The position numbers and the translations under genes were made by a program. DNA of 62,199 nucleotides, the filler included, from Sphaerodactylus townsendi (lineage: Eukaryota): NCBI RefSeq assembly GCF_021028975.2. It is 6 parts of 6 records of this genome, joined end to end, with 100 filler letters (N's around TTAATTAATTAA, not from the genome) between each part and the next. Parts side by side here need not be neighbours in the genome. Positions count along the whole stretch, not along the records: positions 7,907 to 29,327 come from NC_059434.1; positions 29,428 to 36,487 come from NC_059440.1; positions 36,588 to 41,367 come from NC_059437.1; 3 more parts are not named here. One strand, 5' to 3'. The notes beneath the pieces were generated by a model that was not told the origin of the DNA, did no database searches, and worked only from the letters and a program-made list of their open reading frames with translations. Numbering within the stretch: position 1 is the first letter of the stretch; the number at the start of each line of letters is the position of its first letter. Positions 26,107-37,547 of this stretch are shown here, one piece after another.

Positions 26107-27239
26107 GGCATAACAACTAAACTAGGAAGTCTCCCTGTGATTTTGCCCATCTCTAAATATGAACTTTGCTACTAGTTTTCTTGTTGTCAATGAAAAGCTA
26201 ACTCATGCCCTCTTCTGTTCAGAATTTGTAACTGCAGTTTCTGACTTCTGAAATGCAAATTAAACAAAATCAGTTGATCAAATGTATGCAATAGAAGTCA
26301 GCTATACCAATCTGAAATAATCATTGAGCAATTTTGTACTTAAGAAGATATATCAGGTTTCATAAGGAATATACCTCTGAATATAAGATGACCTCTTTAA
26401 AAAGTTACACACAAAAAATAATATTGAACATTTATTTATTGAATTTGTTTATACCCTGCCTTTTTCTCCAATGGACACCCAAGTTAGTTTACACCATTAT
26501 CTTTCCTCAATTTATCCTCACAATAATCCTGTGAGGTAGATTAAGCTGACAAGAGTGACTGGCCCAAGCTCACCCAGCAAGCTTCCATTACACAAGAGGG
26601 GATTCAAACTCTGGACTCCCAGATAATAGCCTATTAAACCACACTGGCTCTAATTTGTATACTAATGTAAAACCTTCTCTCCTTTTTTTGGTGGTGGGGG
26701 TTGGCATATCTGGAAAAATCCTAGTCTTGCATTTATGTCTTGCTGTTCCTATCTTCACTGTCTATTCAAATATGTAAGAGGTAGAATTAAGATGGTGTTA
26801 TGTTCAAAAAAACAGCAACGTGCAATATATTTAGCTACCTTGGAACTCTCAAATAAAAAGTTATCCACCCCATCCCCATAAGAATATGACACTTTCCCCC
26901 ATTAGTTTCCAAATATTAGCCTTAGATTAGAAGAACTGCTAGAAGGCAAGGTGAGCAATGGAAAACAGATATAGCTGTCACTGTTTTTCTTGAATAAGTT
27001 TTTCCTCCAAGATTCCACAACAAGCAGAAAAGCCACCGGGAAGTTTGTCTTAAATAGAACGGTGTAGATGTCTATATGCATAGGTGGTAGCCTCAAACCT
27101 GGAAGGAACCGGTATGTAAAAGTCTATATAAATAGGTTTTAGCCTAAAACCTGGAAGGAACTGCCCTGAACACACGTGTGTTTCTGTGCGCATGTGTGTT
27201 AGAATAACATTCCATTCACCAATAGAAACCTGCAGCTGT

Positions 27240-27443
27240 TACCCTGGCGTCCCATTCACGTCAGACAGCCGATTTGGAGAGACTCTCTAGCCGGTTCATC
27301 TCGCTCACGCTTCCTTTAAAGGAAACGTCACTTCCGATGGCGCGCAAGAGAAGCGCCGGAAGTGGCGTCTTGTCGCTAACGGACCTTGTTCTGGCGTCGG
27401 GAGGTGGTTGCTGCCGGAGTAGCTGAGGCGTTAAGAAGGCACG
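27240..27443 (+). promoter_or_regulatory. CpG-rich housekeeping promoter / 5' UTR of PLRG1
   Basis: Local CpG enrichment, ETS/GABP motifs CACTTCCG (about 27329) and CCGGAAGTG (about 27356), and a YY1-like GATGGCG, immediately upstream of ATGGTGGAG|GTGAGG. Confidence 0.65.
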
Positions 27444-27452
27444 ATGGTGGAG
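27444..27452 (+). CDS. PLRG1: First coding exon (MVE) of pleiotropic regulator 1; the rest of the gene is beyond the scaffold end
   Basis: ACGATGGTGGAG|GTGAGG. Vertebrate PLRG1 starts MVEEVQK and lies head-to-head with FGB in human (recalled synteny). Only 9 coding nt are visible. Confidence 0.75.
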
Positions 27453-29327
27453 GTGAGGAGGGGTTGGTCGTTTCTGCTTAGTTTGGGGTTCAGGGCTCGG
27501 AAGGTGCCCTTGTCCCTGGTGCTGCCTGGAGGAAGCAGTTCACTGAGCTTTCCGCTTCCTTGGCGTGGAGAGCATCCCTCCCCGTGCTTGTGTGTGGATG
27601 CCTATGAGGAACTGACGTTTGGAGGATAATTTATGCCTCCTGGGTTTGGATAAAAGAAGTGGAACTGTTCCTAAAAACAAGTACGCACCTCGTGGTACTT
27701 ATATGTCGTTTGGTTTCTGTTTCCTTGGACTGAAGCCTGGTTTATTAGAAGCATGAAGTTAGCAAACACACAAAGAGACATACATTTAATCAAGAGATTT
27801 GATCTTGGTGTTGAAGTGGATTGTACTCCACGACAAGCTTGTTTCACAATCATTGTGCTACTCCTTAGGTACCACAAAAGCAATGAATGTGCTAGTCCTG
27901 AGGATGCCCCAAAAGTAGCCTAATGCAGCTGTCTCTAGAATTTTACTGGATTCAGTTGTAGGAGAGCCATAAATCTGTGGACGAGTGTGTACTTGGAATG
28001 CAAATGATTTCCATTTCATTCCCTGTCATCTCCACTTAAAAACAATCTGTCACCTTGCAGTGAAGCAACCTGAAGCTACCCTCTGTGCATTACCTTGCAC
28101 AGTTCCTTGGTAGGTCGAGATGGGTTGGGATATTGGAGGAGCCATACTAATCGGCATCTGATCTATGATGCTGTAATTGGAACTCATTCAAAACTGTTTT
28201 GTTTTAAATCTGTAGTTATTCTCTGCTTTGCTGCCATTTTCACTCAGGGTGTTTGAAATAAAAACGTAGAAGACTTATTTTTGTTTCAACTGCCTCTTCT
28301 AAGATCATAGTGGCAATAGGGGAGCTTTCTTTATATCCCAGAAACAAGATGCTGTTCCAAAAGGCAAGCTCTCCTGACCAATTGGTGACTGCTTTTTAGT
28401 AGCGCCAGTGGCAAGTAGAGAATATGGGGGCAGTTTATATGTGTTTTTCCCCCGTCCACATATTGTCCTGGTAGCTTATTCAAGCTGTCTGAAATCTTCA
28501 GAGGTGAAGGTCAGTGGCTTTCTGCACAAACGCAAGACTAATAGTGATGTGGAGTTCCAAAGGCAAAAAGTGCCTTTCATTCTAAGTGTCATGAATACCA
28601 AGAATGTGCTGGTCCCATTATCCATTCACTGAAGATGGAAAGTGAAGATAGCTGAGCTGGTTAAAAGGGGTGGGTTATACCTTTTATTAGATCTTCAGTA
28701 GATGAAAACTCCAGCACATTCTATTGTCTTGCAAATGCATGCAAAGGACAAGCAACCCCAGAGTGTTAATCCAGTATCAATACTAAGGAACCATACAAAA
28801 AATGAAGGGCAAGAAGTCAGCTTGGCAGGTAGAAGTCTAAGATAAATAACAGCAAGAGGGATAAATGGTTGTAAGCGGCTGTCTTCTTGGCCAGAAAAAA
28901 TGTCTTGGTCACTATGCTTGGGGTCACTATGCATGCTTAGATTTTATGTTCCTTTAAACGTCTTTCAATCAGACAGCATTCTTACTTATAGCGCAGGATG
29001 GGGCGGTATAAAAGCTTAAGGAAATAAATAAAATAAATAAATATTTACAGTGGGTGAAAGAATAATTATATAATATTTACTAAATTACACTGTGATTAAA
29101 AGAGCCTGGAATCCATAGAGCAACATGTGTGCTCCCAGGCACTTTCCTGCATTCTTAGGTGCTCCCCAGGTTTCCCTTTTTGACTGAGTCTCCTTGGACT
29201 GTACTGTACATTTTGCTGGAGTATTTTCTGGCTTCTAAGAACAGTAGAAGTGACCTGCTGGATCAAGTCAGCTGTCCATCTGTCCGGCTTACTCACTGAG
29301 TGGCTAACATTAGAGGCAGAGGCCTTT

Positions 29328-29427
29328 NNNNNNNNNNNNNNNNNNNNNNNNNNNNNNNNNNNNNNNNNNNNTTAATTAATTAANNNNNNNNNNNNNNNNN
29401 NNNNNNNNNNNNNNNNNNNNNNNNNNN
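29328..29427. other. Artificial scaffold-joining linker
   Basis: 44 N + TTAATTAATTAA + 44 N. Confidence 0.97.
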
Positions 29428-29577
29428 AAATCTTTGTAAGGCTTCCATGTAAATTGTTGTTCTATTTGTGAGTGTGTGTGCCAGCCCTCGCTTTGTGTGA
29501 TAGGGATCAGTCCTGAGCACAAAGGGACTGTTACTTCGCAGGGATGATTCAACCTGGGATGTCTTTTTGCTCTTCAG

Positions 29578-32500
29578 AGGAAGATGAAGGCTGCCCTGTC
29601 ATCCTTGTTTGTGGCCCCAAAAGTGTTGGCAAGTCCACTTTTAACCGATACCTGATTAATCTTCTGCTGAACTGGTGAGTGACCATCCTTTGGGAGCGTG
29701 TGAGCTCCCAGAGGCATCTGGTGGGCCACTGCGAGTAGCAGAGTGCTGGACTAGATGGACTCTGGTCTGATCCAGCTGGCTCGTTGGATGGCCCAGTAGT
29801 CTAGGATATGAAGGCTCGTTCTTGTGTTCTTATGTTCTTTGTCCTGTGAACTTCACTAGCATCTTGTGGATATTAATAAGAGGTGACTTGTGAAGACTCA
29901 GAACAAGGAAAAATCCCCCCTCCCTCGAGTTCCTCCTTCACAATTGAAATGGAGCAAACGGCAATCATTTGCTTTACTGAAGTCTCAGTGGGTTGGGACA
30001 GCGGGATGTTGTCGCGTAGATATTCCCTGACCTCGATTTCTACCTCCGCCTGCATTTCTTTGAGCCGTTAGCACTCCTTCTGCGGTTTAAACATATGTTT
30101 TGAAGGTAATTAATTAGGCTCTGTCATGGTTTTGTCTTAATTAGTCTTGCCAGTCAGTTTGGGAAGTTTTAACCAAGAGAAGCGTCCTGCCTTTTCTGTT
30201 GCCAGCGTCTGTCGGGCTCAGCACTAGGCAAGAGATTTCCTAGTGCTTTCCTTTGGGCTGCAGAGCCGGGCAGCCTCGGTTCCCGTCCCCACCCTGGACA
30301 ACTGAAGGGCAAGAGCATGTCAGCCTTCAGCTTCCCATTCAGTTTAACAGTCCCAAGGCAGAGTTTGGCTTTCCACTTGCTTTCCCCCCTAGTGTTGCCA
30401 GTTCTCAGTGGCAGCATAAAGTCTGTGTCCAGGCCGAGCTTATTGTTTCTGGGAGGGGGGCAGAGAATAAATATTCTGCATATATTAGGTTTCCTCCAGA
30501 TATGCAGAAACCTCCTCCCCCCTCTCATGACTGGCCCTGTTGTGCTGCTTTTGTGCTAGGCACATCGGTCAGGTACTTGGTCATTAGATGGCTTAATTGA
30601 CCTTCTCTGCTCCTTCCCTTGTTCTCTGAGCTGAGGAGTTTTGCTTCTGAGGAGCAGCAGTGGCGTAGGAGGTTAAGAGCTCGTGTATCTAATCTGGGTT
30701 TGATTCCCAGCTCTGCCGCCTGAGCTGTGGAGGCTTATCTGGGGAATTCAGATTAGCCTGTACACTCCCACACACGCCAGCTGGGTGACCTTGGGCTAGT
30801 CACAGCTTCTTGGAGCTCTCTCAGCCCCACCCACCTCACAGGGTGTTTGTTGTGAGGGGGGAAGGGCAAGGAGATTGTAAGCCCCTTTGAGTCTCCTGCA
30901 GGAGAGAAAGGGGGGATATAAATCCAAACTCTTCTTCTTCTTCTTCTCTTCCACTTTCCCCTCCAGTATGGGTTTCTGGTCTTTATCGGTCCAGCTTTCT
31001 GGTCTTTATCGGTCCAGCTGTTGTTCTTGTTCTTTTGCAGTCTCTGGGAAATAAGTTTCATCTTATGACGTTTCCTTCTTAATGCGCGTGTGCCCTGAAA
31101 ACTTTGTTTTAATAGTCAGTCACAATAGAAACCAGTGCCAGTTTTTTGTTGCTCTTTACTTTGCGCTGGTGTCAGAGAAGACTGGAGGCATTTTCATAGT
31201 ATGAAGATCTGAAACCTAGTGAATGGGTTCCCTCCAGAGGGCAGGGGCTGGCGTTTGCCACATCAGAAGGGGATGCAAACTGCCCTTTCTACGCAGTGGC
31301 GTAGTGTTTAAAAGCAGGTGCACTCTAATCTAGAGAACTGAGTTTGATTCCCTGCTCTGCCACTTGAGCTGTGGAGGCTTATCTGGGGGGACCAGATTGG
31401 CTTGTGCACTCCAACACACGCCAGCTGGGTGACCTTGGGCAAATCACAGTTCTTCAGAGCTCTCTCGGCCCCACCCACCTCACAGGGTTGTGGGGGGAGG
31501 GGGGAAGGGAAAGGAGATTGTAAACCCCTTTGAGTCTCCTAGCAGGGGGATATAAATCCAAACTCTCCTTCTTTTCCCCAACTCCAGTCTATTATCTTTG
31601 GGAGCAAGCTTGCTTTTGTTGTCTGTCTGTACCTTGCATATCTTGTCCATAACAGCTCTGTCCATGTAGCATTTCGTTGGAGAATAGAAAGCAGAGAGTA
31701 GAGGTTAGGTTGAAGAACAGTTCTTCTTTTGCATATAACCCCTCCTGCCTCTGGTAGTCAAGAGTTTCTGATCTTGACCCTGTTCCAAATGTGTTTTCTT
31801 TCCTTTGTAGACTGGGAGAGTTTCTTACTGATCCCACTTTGTTTGTTTTATTTTTTTTTTCCACTGTAGCCTTCCCTGTATTGAGTTTTTGGAATGCGAT
31901 CTGGGGCAGACGGAGTTCACGCCTCCTGGCTGTATTTCTCTAATTAATGTGATGGAACCGTCTCTGGGTATGTGCTTTGAAGTGGTTTGCAGAAGTGTGT
32001 CAAATGCGCAGCTCCTTGTTCGGTCGAGCCGCTCTTTGGAAACACCAGCCTTTCTGAAAGGGGTGAAACAAAAACTCGGTGGGGGAAACTGCCTTTGTCG
32101 TGCAGATGGAGGAAAGCCAGTTACTGGTTGTATTGCGGGTAGTGAAGTACTCTTCCGTATTTGCTCTGCGTTTCGATTTAATGTGGCTTTCAAGTACTTG
32201 CGGTTCCATCGGGTCTGTTCCGTTGTAGGTCCACCGTTCACCCATCTCCGCACTCCCCGCAAAATGGTATACTTTGGCGAAACCAGTTGCGAACAGGAGA
32301 CGGAAAGATACCTCGACACGCTTAAATATGTGTTCAGTGCCTATGAGAGAGACGTGCCTCTGGTGATCAACACAATGGGATGGGTGAAAGGTACGTTTGT
32401 CGGTCCAGGGCGTGTGCTGGCAATGGGCGTGTCCTTTTTTTCAGAAGGGGAGTTTTGCCCTATATCTCAGGTGACCCAGTTTATTTATTTATTCATTTAT

Positions 32501-35500
32501 ATCCCACCCTTCCCAGCAGGGCTCAGGGCGGCGCACAATAAAAACAACCATAAAACCATTTCATACATAAAACCAGTAAAAAACAACCACAGATGCATGA
32601 AGGTTCCTCCCTCCCCACCAGACTCTAATGGAAGGCCAGCACCTGCAACAGTCAAGTTTACGGCTGGCCACATGTAAATGCCCATGAGAAGTTCATTTTG
32701 GCAGGCCCTGTAGAGTCAGTTTAGGTCCCTCAGGTCTTGATCTCACTCTGAGTTTTTTTTTTCTACCAGGTAGAGGTTGTTGGTCATAGGGCTGTGGCCA
32801 TCATAGGGGAGTGCCAGCTGAAGGTTCCTCAGGGCCAGGGACCTCCAGCAGATTCCCCTCCGACGAGTGGAGGGATCTAGCGGGGCAGTACGGGGAGATG
32901 CTTTTCTGTGCAATACTGAAAATGTCTGTCCTTGTGAGGCACTCCCATTCCCTTGGTGTCCCTTGGAGGTCTGTCCTGTTCTATCCAGCTGTTCTCTGTC
33001 ATTATTTTTTCTTTCTCTGTGCTCAAAGTTTGATTGTTCTCTCTGATCGACTTATTATTCTGGCTAGTTGTCGCTCAGTCACATTGCTCAAAACAGACTG
33101 AAGAGACAACTTCAAAGACATGCCTCAGCTCTCCCCGGAGTATACCTCCAGTGCCCCAGGCTTGCACACGAAAGGCAAAGGGCCCCCCAAATGCAAGGGC
33201 CTGGCAAGTGGGTCAGAGGACTTGGAGCTGTCCAGGGGCCGAGCAGACTTTCATCCGTCACATGCGGGGCACAAGCTGCTGTGGGTCCAGCCAGAGTTCC
33301 CTGGGGCAGGGATCGCTGGAGATGGGTAAGTAGCCAGTGAAGGTGTGCAGGAGGTCAAAAAGGGAGGAGGGAGCAATATCTTTGTATTAAGTAAAAGAAA
33401 GTTTTTAAGTTCTCTTCTTGCCTACAACTCCACTGTCCCTGGGCTCCGTCTCCTCCAAGCGCTAGGAGTTCCCCTCCCTCTCCCAGCATTCCTGGCAGGA
33501 GTCACGTGACCTCTGATCTTTGCTATGCTTAGCAAACCATTGACTAATCAGTTTTTGTATGCTCTGTGTCTTCCCTCTCCAGAATCCATGCATAATTTTT
33601 TACCTACGCTTGATTGTCATACAGTCCTTGTGAAGAACTGGTTTTAGGGGCAAGCTTCTTTAAGGAGCAGTGGGAGGGTGAATGTCTGGACCTTCATGGA
33701 CCCCCATCCACTCAGTGATCTGCCAGCAAGCCCTTTCACACATCCATCTTGTCTCTGGACTTCCCTTAGGAGAATAGCCTTGGCTTGAGATCTTCACATT
33801 GTAATGCCTAGAGCCATGGTGGTGAACCTTTGGCACTCCAGATGTTATGGACTACAATTCCCATCAGCCCGTGCCAGCATGGCCAATTGGCCATGCTGGC
33901 AAGTGCTGATGGGAATTGTAGTCCATAACATCTGGAGTGCCAAAGGTTCGCCACCACTGGGCTAGAGTAATTCTCCGTCTTCATAACTCTGTCCTGTACA
34001 GTATTCAGAGCTAAAGGCTAAAACAGTAAGATTCGGCAACAGGAGAAATGCATTCAAATGGTCAAGAAATGTATACTTCTTTCAAGTGGATTAATGTTGT
34101 CAAACAGTGATATATGATTTCATGAGAGAAACCGTGCTATTCCAGTGTGATTTCTGCATATTCATACTCGTGCATATTCACAATTCTGCCCTTTGCATTA
34201 GTCAGAACTAAAAGCTGGAAAAATAAGATCTGGTAACAGGGGGAAGGTATTTGAATTTATCGAGGAACTTTTAAGAGACTTCCTTTGAGGGGATTAATGT
34301 TGGACGCTGATGTGTAAGTTCACGGGAGATTAGGCGAGCTGAACTATTCCAGCATGATCTCAGTGGTGTGGGAAAGAGCCACCCACATCAGTGAAGTCAT
34401 GTTGGAAGGCTCAGACCACGTGGGAGTCTTTGTTGCCTTCCTTCCTGTGCCAGATCTGCCCTCACCACCGTCTCTTCAGGCATGACCCTGGCAGTGTGGC
34501 TGGGAGCCAGGCATTAGTGCGCTCCCATACCACAGATATAACATTGAAAGCACCCTTGGAGTCGTAAACAGTGGGCAGCAGAACAGAAGCTCCCTTTCAG
34601 AATTTAGATGTTGACTGATGCAGCCCTTCCTATTGGTACAGAAAGGTTCCTGGCCCACGACATTGTTAGTACCCTGCCTGCCTATTAGGCATTTGAAAAA
34701 AAAGAGGAAATGTTTGAGTGATTCTTTCTTGCTGCAGATCAGCCAGGATTAGTGCACTGAGTCGCAGTTGGCATTAAAAGAGGGCTTGTTGCAAAGATGT
34801 GCTGAGCCAACGTGGTGTAGTGGCTAAGAAGAGGTGCACTCTGCACCATAAAACTGGGTTTGATTCCTCGCTCTTCCACCTTTGAGCCAGGAGGTTTACC
34901 ACCCAGTGAACTGCATTAGCTTGTGTACTCCAACACATGCCAGTTGTAAGTGAATCTCATGAGTCACACTTTTTTGGAGCTCTCTCAGCCCCACCTACCT
35001 CACAGGGTGTTTGTTGTGAGGGGGGAAGGGCAAGGAGATTGTAAGCCCCTTTGAGTCTCCTTACAGGAGAAAAAAGGGGGATATAAATCCAAACTCCTCC
35101 TCCTCCTCCTCTTCTTCTTCTACAATGATGTGCATCTGAGACCAGCGGCACAGGCTGTGCTTGCGAAGTGCTCTCCAGTCTCTGGTGCATTTTGTGTTTC
35201 TCTTGCAGGCGAACCCACAGCAGTGTTCTCCGGGACATGGCGGTTCTAGCATACTTGGGCCAGTTGCAGCCGTCCAGCATGGAACTGGTGCTTCCTTTGC
35301 ACAGCCTGGTGCCCTATCAGGTAAGACGCCGGCCCTGTTATAGGTAAGGGGGGGGCTTCACAGGACCTTAGGGCTGGGGTTGTAGCAACAGGAGGGGCTT
35401 GCTTCTAACTGGGTCAGGATTCAGCGTTGCTAGACCTTTCCAAAAAAAAAAAAAAAAAAAAACAAAAAAAAAAAAAGAAAAAATAAAAAAAAAAGCTTGC

Positions 35501-36074
35501 CTGTGCAGGATAATATGTTTTGATTTATTTTTGTTTACACACTTTATACTCCATCTTTAGACTCCTACCAGGGTGGCTAACAGATTAACAGCCCAATCCA
35601 GAGCCCCCAGTCATGGGCCACAACGCTGCTTCAGTGCTGCCCCACCACCTCCAGGAGGTCTTCTCAGCAGCAAGGGGAGGCTAATTTTTTTAAAAGTGCT
35701 GCTGAGCTGTACATCTCCCCCGAAATCTCCTGCTGTTTGCCCAGTGGGAAGTATTATGTACCTGTCAAGTAGAGCGTTCGTTCTTGGGAACATGCCAAAC
35801 TTCCCCTCCCCACTGCCGCCCCTATCCAGCCCTGTCTTTGAAGCAAAATGACATTTCTGTCTGAACATATCTTCACGCATTTCTTCTTTTCGCTAGGTAC
35901 CTTTCAGCGCTGTCTCCATCAAGGTTATTCATACAGACGTGGCTCCTGCCCACATACTGTATTCTGTCAACGCCAGCTGGGTTGGCCTTTGCCAAATACC
36001 GGATAAGGTCCAGGGTAAAGAAGACGGGCCGGTTTTATTAACGCAGACACCAATCTGCGATTGCCTGGGCTTTG
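29578..36074 (+). CDS. NOL9: Polynucleotide 5'-hydroxyl-kinase NOL9, internal exons (partial)
   Basis: Exons: 29578-29674 (Walker A GPKSVGKST), 31870-31967 (Walker B region ECDLGQTEF), 32229-32390 (INTMGWVKG), about 33029-33325 (5' part frameshifted), 35209-35320 (PLHSLVPYQ), 35897-36074 (YSVNASWVGLC...CDCLGFG). Clp1/Grc3-family kinase motifs. Confidence 0.92.
29688..29839 (+). mobile_element. CR1 LINE 3'-UTR fragment
   Basis: Matches the 3' end of the CR1 at 54817-54960 (GCTGGACTAGATGGACTCTGGTCTGATCCAGC) and ends in TTCTTGTGTTCTTATGTTCTT. Confidence 0.75.
30649..30948 (+). mobile_element. tRNA-derived squamate SINE (Squam3-like), (TCT)n tail
   Basis: Box-A-like GTGGCGTAGGAGG, box-B-like GGTTTGATTCCC, 3' end GGGGGGATATAAATCCAAAC(TCT)n; four other copies in the window. 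Confidence 0.8.
31292..31575 (+). mobile_element. SINE, same family as 30649-30948
   Basis: Colinear similarity, including the GGGGATATAAATCCAAACTC end. Confidence 0.78.
33814..33959. mobile_element. Hairpin hAT MITE
   Basis: Near-perfect palindrome centred on GGCCAATTGGCC; TSD GCCTAGAG/GGCTAGAG (7/8). Confidence 0.88.
34806..35120 (+). mobile_element. SINE, same family as 30649-30948
   Basis: Same head and 3' end with a (TCC/TCT)n tail. Confidence 0.78.
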
Positions 36075-36487
36075 GTAAGCAATGTTAGCCTGATCTTACG
36101 ACATTCTGAGTCCGTGTTTTGGAGTCTGGGTTTCATGTGAAATTAGAGCAGTCAGCTAGCATGCATGGGAATTGCTCAGAGAGTTTTTTTTAAATGTTTT
36201 TTTAAAAATGTGGCTAGTAGTAGTAGTAAGTTTATTGTCTTGGCCGTAGACCTTCACAATCTCTTCATACACAGTATCATAAAAGGACTTAGCTAAAATG
36301 GACTAAATTAACTCTATATAAATATTCCTATCAAATAATACAACACAACATCCTTAGCCTGATTCTTCTTGCAGCATGAGCAAAAAGTGCTCCTCGATTG
36401 GTAATATATGGATCACAAGCTGTGACTTGTAAATTTCAGCCAGCCATGGCAGCCTGAAAGAGTGCTTGCCATTGGTCTCACTTGTTT

Positions 36488-36587
36488 NNNNNNNNNNNNN
36501 NNNNNNNNNNNNNNNNNNNNNNNNNNNNNNNTTAATTAATTAANNNNNNNNNNNNNNNNNNNNNNNNNNNNNNNNNNNNNNNNNNNN
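36488..36587. other. Artificial scaffold-joining linker
   Basis: 44 N + TTAATTAATTAA + 44 N. Confidence 0.97.
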
Positions 36588-37547
36588 CCCCCCCCCCCCA
36601 CACCCCCCCCCCCCCACCCCCCCACACCCCCCCACCCCCCAAAGGTTCGCCACCACTGCGGTAGGCAGAGTGATTTAAAATCCTTCTATCAAGAAAGTTC
36701 AAATCTGTTTGATGGGAATGATGCAAATTAGTCAAAGTTGCCTATTATAATGTAATTCTGCTTCCAGAATCAGACAGTCATTCCGCACATGCAGAATAAT
36801 GCACTTTCAAACTGTTTTCAATGCTCTTTGAAGCTGTGTGGAATAGCAAAATCCACTTGCAAACAGTTGTGGAAGTGGTTTGAAAACGCATTATTTTGCA
36901 TGTGCGGAAGGGGTCAGAGTTTCCAAAGCTTTCTGAATCTTTGGACATGCAGTGGGCGTAATCTGAAGAGAGAAGGGTGTGGAGTGTAGGTGCCAGGACC
37001 ATTGGAAGGCTGGGAGTGTGTGTGTGTGTGGGGGGATTATTTTGTCCAAAGCTCTTGTGGACCACCACCTACAGACAATTAACAGTAAGCAAAAAAGCAC
37101 AAAGTAGTCAACAAGCACAAAGCTAATAAAGCCAGGCTAAAAAAAAAATCCCTCCCCAGTTGGTGGAATAAGGAGTCGGGTGGTGCAGGGATGAAGCCCA
37201 GCCATTCTGTGGTTTAGAAAAATTCATTGGCCGCAGCTGTCTGTATTGGCTAGAAAGTGTGGTTGGGGTTGGTTTGCTTTGGTCTAATTCTGTCGTGCCA
37301 AAAGCTTCACCAAAAAAGAAGAGCCATACGCATGATAGCTTAGTGTCTTCCAGATCCTGTGCTGGATTTCGCAGGACTGTTGTGCCTTTCTACACAGAAG
37401 TTCAGAGAGCTTTTTGTATTAAGAGAAAGCTCTTTTCATGGGACAAAAGGCCACCCTTAGGGGAACAGATAGGTGGGATCCAGCTTCATGTCTGCTACAT
37501 TTCAGTTGCTAATCTCCTTCCCCCCACATTTGTCTTTTTGTGTTTAG

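Noticed and set aside
31889-32677. 262-aa ORF suggesting an extended NOL9 exon
   Set aside because: It is two true exons joined by a 261-nt GT-AG intron that happens to lack stops; intron retention cannot be supported without RNA data.
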